64,000 nucleotides of DNA from assembly GCF_036588685.1 (NCBI RefSeq), contig NC_086378.1, forward strand, positions 38,750,001 through 38,814,000, given 5' to 3'. This document shows, piece after piece, positions 62,881 through 64,000 of this stretch (positions within the stretch are counted from its first letter, which is position 1; each line of letters opens with the position of its first letter). The notes beneath the pieces are model-generated. The model was not told the origin of the DNA. It worked only from the letters and a program-made list of their open reading frames with translations, and ran no database searches. The translations under genes and the position numbers were made by a program. The stretch comes from Mytilus trossulus. Its lineage: Eukaryota.

Positions 62881-63621
62881 TATTTAAACCTCTGGGTCGA
62901 TACAATGGCATGCTGCGGACTGTCATACACGGGGAAGGGTTACCTATCAACTGGATACAAAACCTGGTTTAATCTGTCATTTTCTACATAAGTAAATGCA
63001 TGTGCCAAGTCAGGAATATGACAATTGTTATCCATACGTTTGATGTGTTTGAGCTTTTAATCTTGTCATTCGATTAGGGACCTTCCATTTTCATTTTCAT
63101 TGAAGTTCGGTATTTATGTAGTTTTACTTTAAACTTCAAATTTTAGTTCAATTTGTAAGACTTTTGCATGTTTTAAGTCAATTTGTTCATTTTTTCTAGT
63201 CCTGAAGATTGAGAACATGTTTTACAGTGAACGATTATCAAATAACAATCAATATAAATCCAATGGTTATATTTTTAGATTTTTATTTCTGATTTTATGC
63301 TTGTAATCCTTTTACAAAATTATATCATCTTCATCCTCTTTGTAACATTTGCATAAATTTGTGTACCTTATAAATAATAAGTTATAAAATAAACAGGAAT
63401 ATCAAAATAACAAGGAAAGGTAATAATACAATCTCAAAAACATGACTGAATTATTAATCAGTTTTGACTAATTCATCGCATCCATCGAAATTTGTCTTTT
63501 GTACCCTACCTTTATTTAATTGTGCAATATTTTCAGCAAGAAGCAGGCATCAGAAAAGAAAACCGTCATTAAAAAGTAGCATACTTCCACCAGTGTAAAC
63601 TATCAGTCCTAAGACCAGATA

Positions 63622-63840
63622 ATGAAGGTGTTTTTATTAGTCGCAATGGTATACTTCATTTTACAAATGATTCCAATCATTGATTACGACCAATTACAGG
63701 TCACCGTAAAGCCTTCAAGACAAAACCAACGGTCAGATGAATTCTTCAGATTGAAAGAAAAACAAACGAATAGGAAAAACAAAAACTTTTGGATCACATG
63801 TTCCTTGCTAGCGACAATGAAATACAGAATGTGGCCATAG
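63622..63840 (+). CDS. Possible small secreted peptide, or a decayed copy of one
   Basis: ATG followed by a signal-peptide-like hydrophobic stretch (MKVFLLVAMVYFILQMIPII); acceptor-like ttttcag near 63536; no recognised homology. Confidence 0.25.
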   Translation: MKVFLLVAMVYFILQMIPIIDYDQLQVTVKPSRQNQRSDEFFRLKEKQTNRKNKNFWITCSLLATMKYRMWP

Positions 63841-64000
63841 TCAAATGCAAAAATCAGATGGAAAAATCTTCACTCAATATATCGGTACGCAAGACTAAAA
63901 TAAAGGCAACAGTAGTATACCGTTGTTCGAAATTCATAAATCGATTGAGAAAAAAAAAATGCGGGTTACAAACTAAAGCACATCAAATATAAGAGGAAAA

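Overview
AT-rich, intron-rich animal genomic DNA. The repeat landscape (HINE/Helentron-type elements with internal satellites, Penelope fragments, minimal hammerheads) and a RING-less B-box/beta-propeller gene suggest a bivalve such as Mytilus; this is an inference. Splicing by hand gives these genes: the 5' part of an FBXO15-like F-box gene (-, runs off the left edge), head-to-head with a 3-exon C2H2 zinc-finger gene (+); the last four exons only of URI1 (-); a complete 134-aa PFDN4 (-) whose third intron is a U12-type AT-AC intron; a partly disabled multi-exon gene with an SH3-like C-terminus (+), missed by the ORF track; and a TRIM-like gene (+). A near-identical 6,275-bp direct duplication (4753-11027 = 18849-25123) carries the shared FBXO15/ZNF promoter and brackets the orphan URI1 fragment. 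It is either a very recent rearrangement or an assembly artefact. Non-coding highlights are minimal type-I hammerhead ribozymes, a duplicated covarying RNA structure in a young LINE 3'UTR, two hairpin-headed element families, paired MITEs with 5-bp TSDs, and a 166-bp satellite with higher-order structure. Most short ORFs in the track are spurious.
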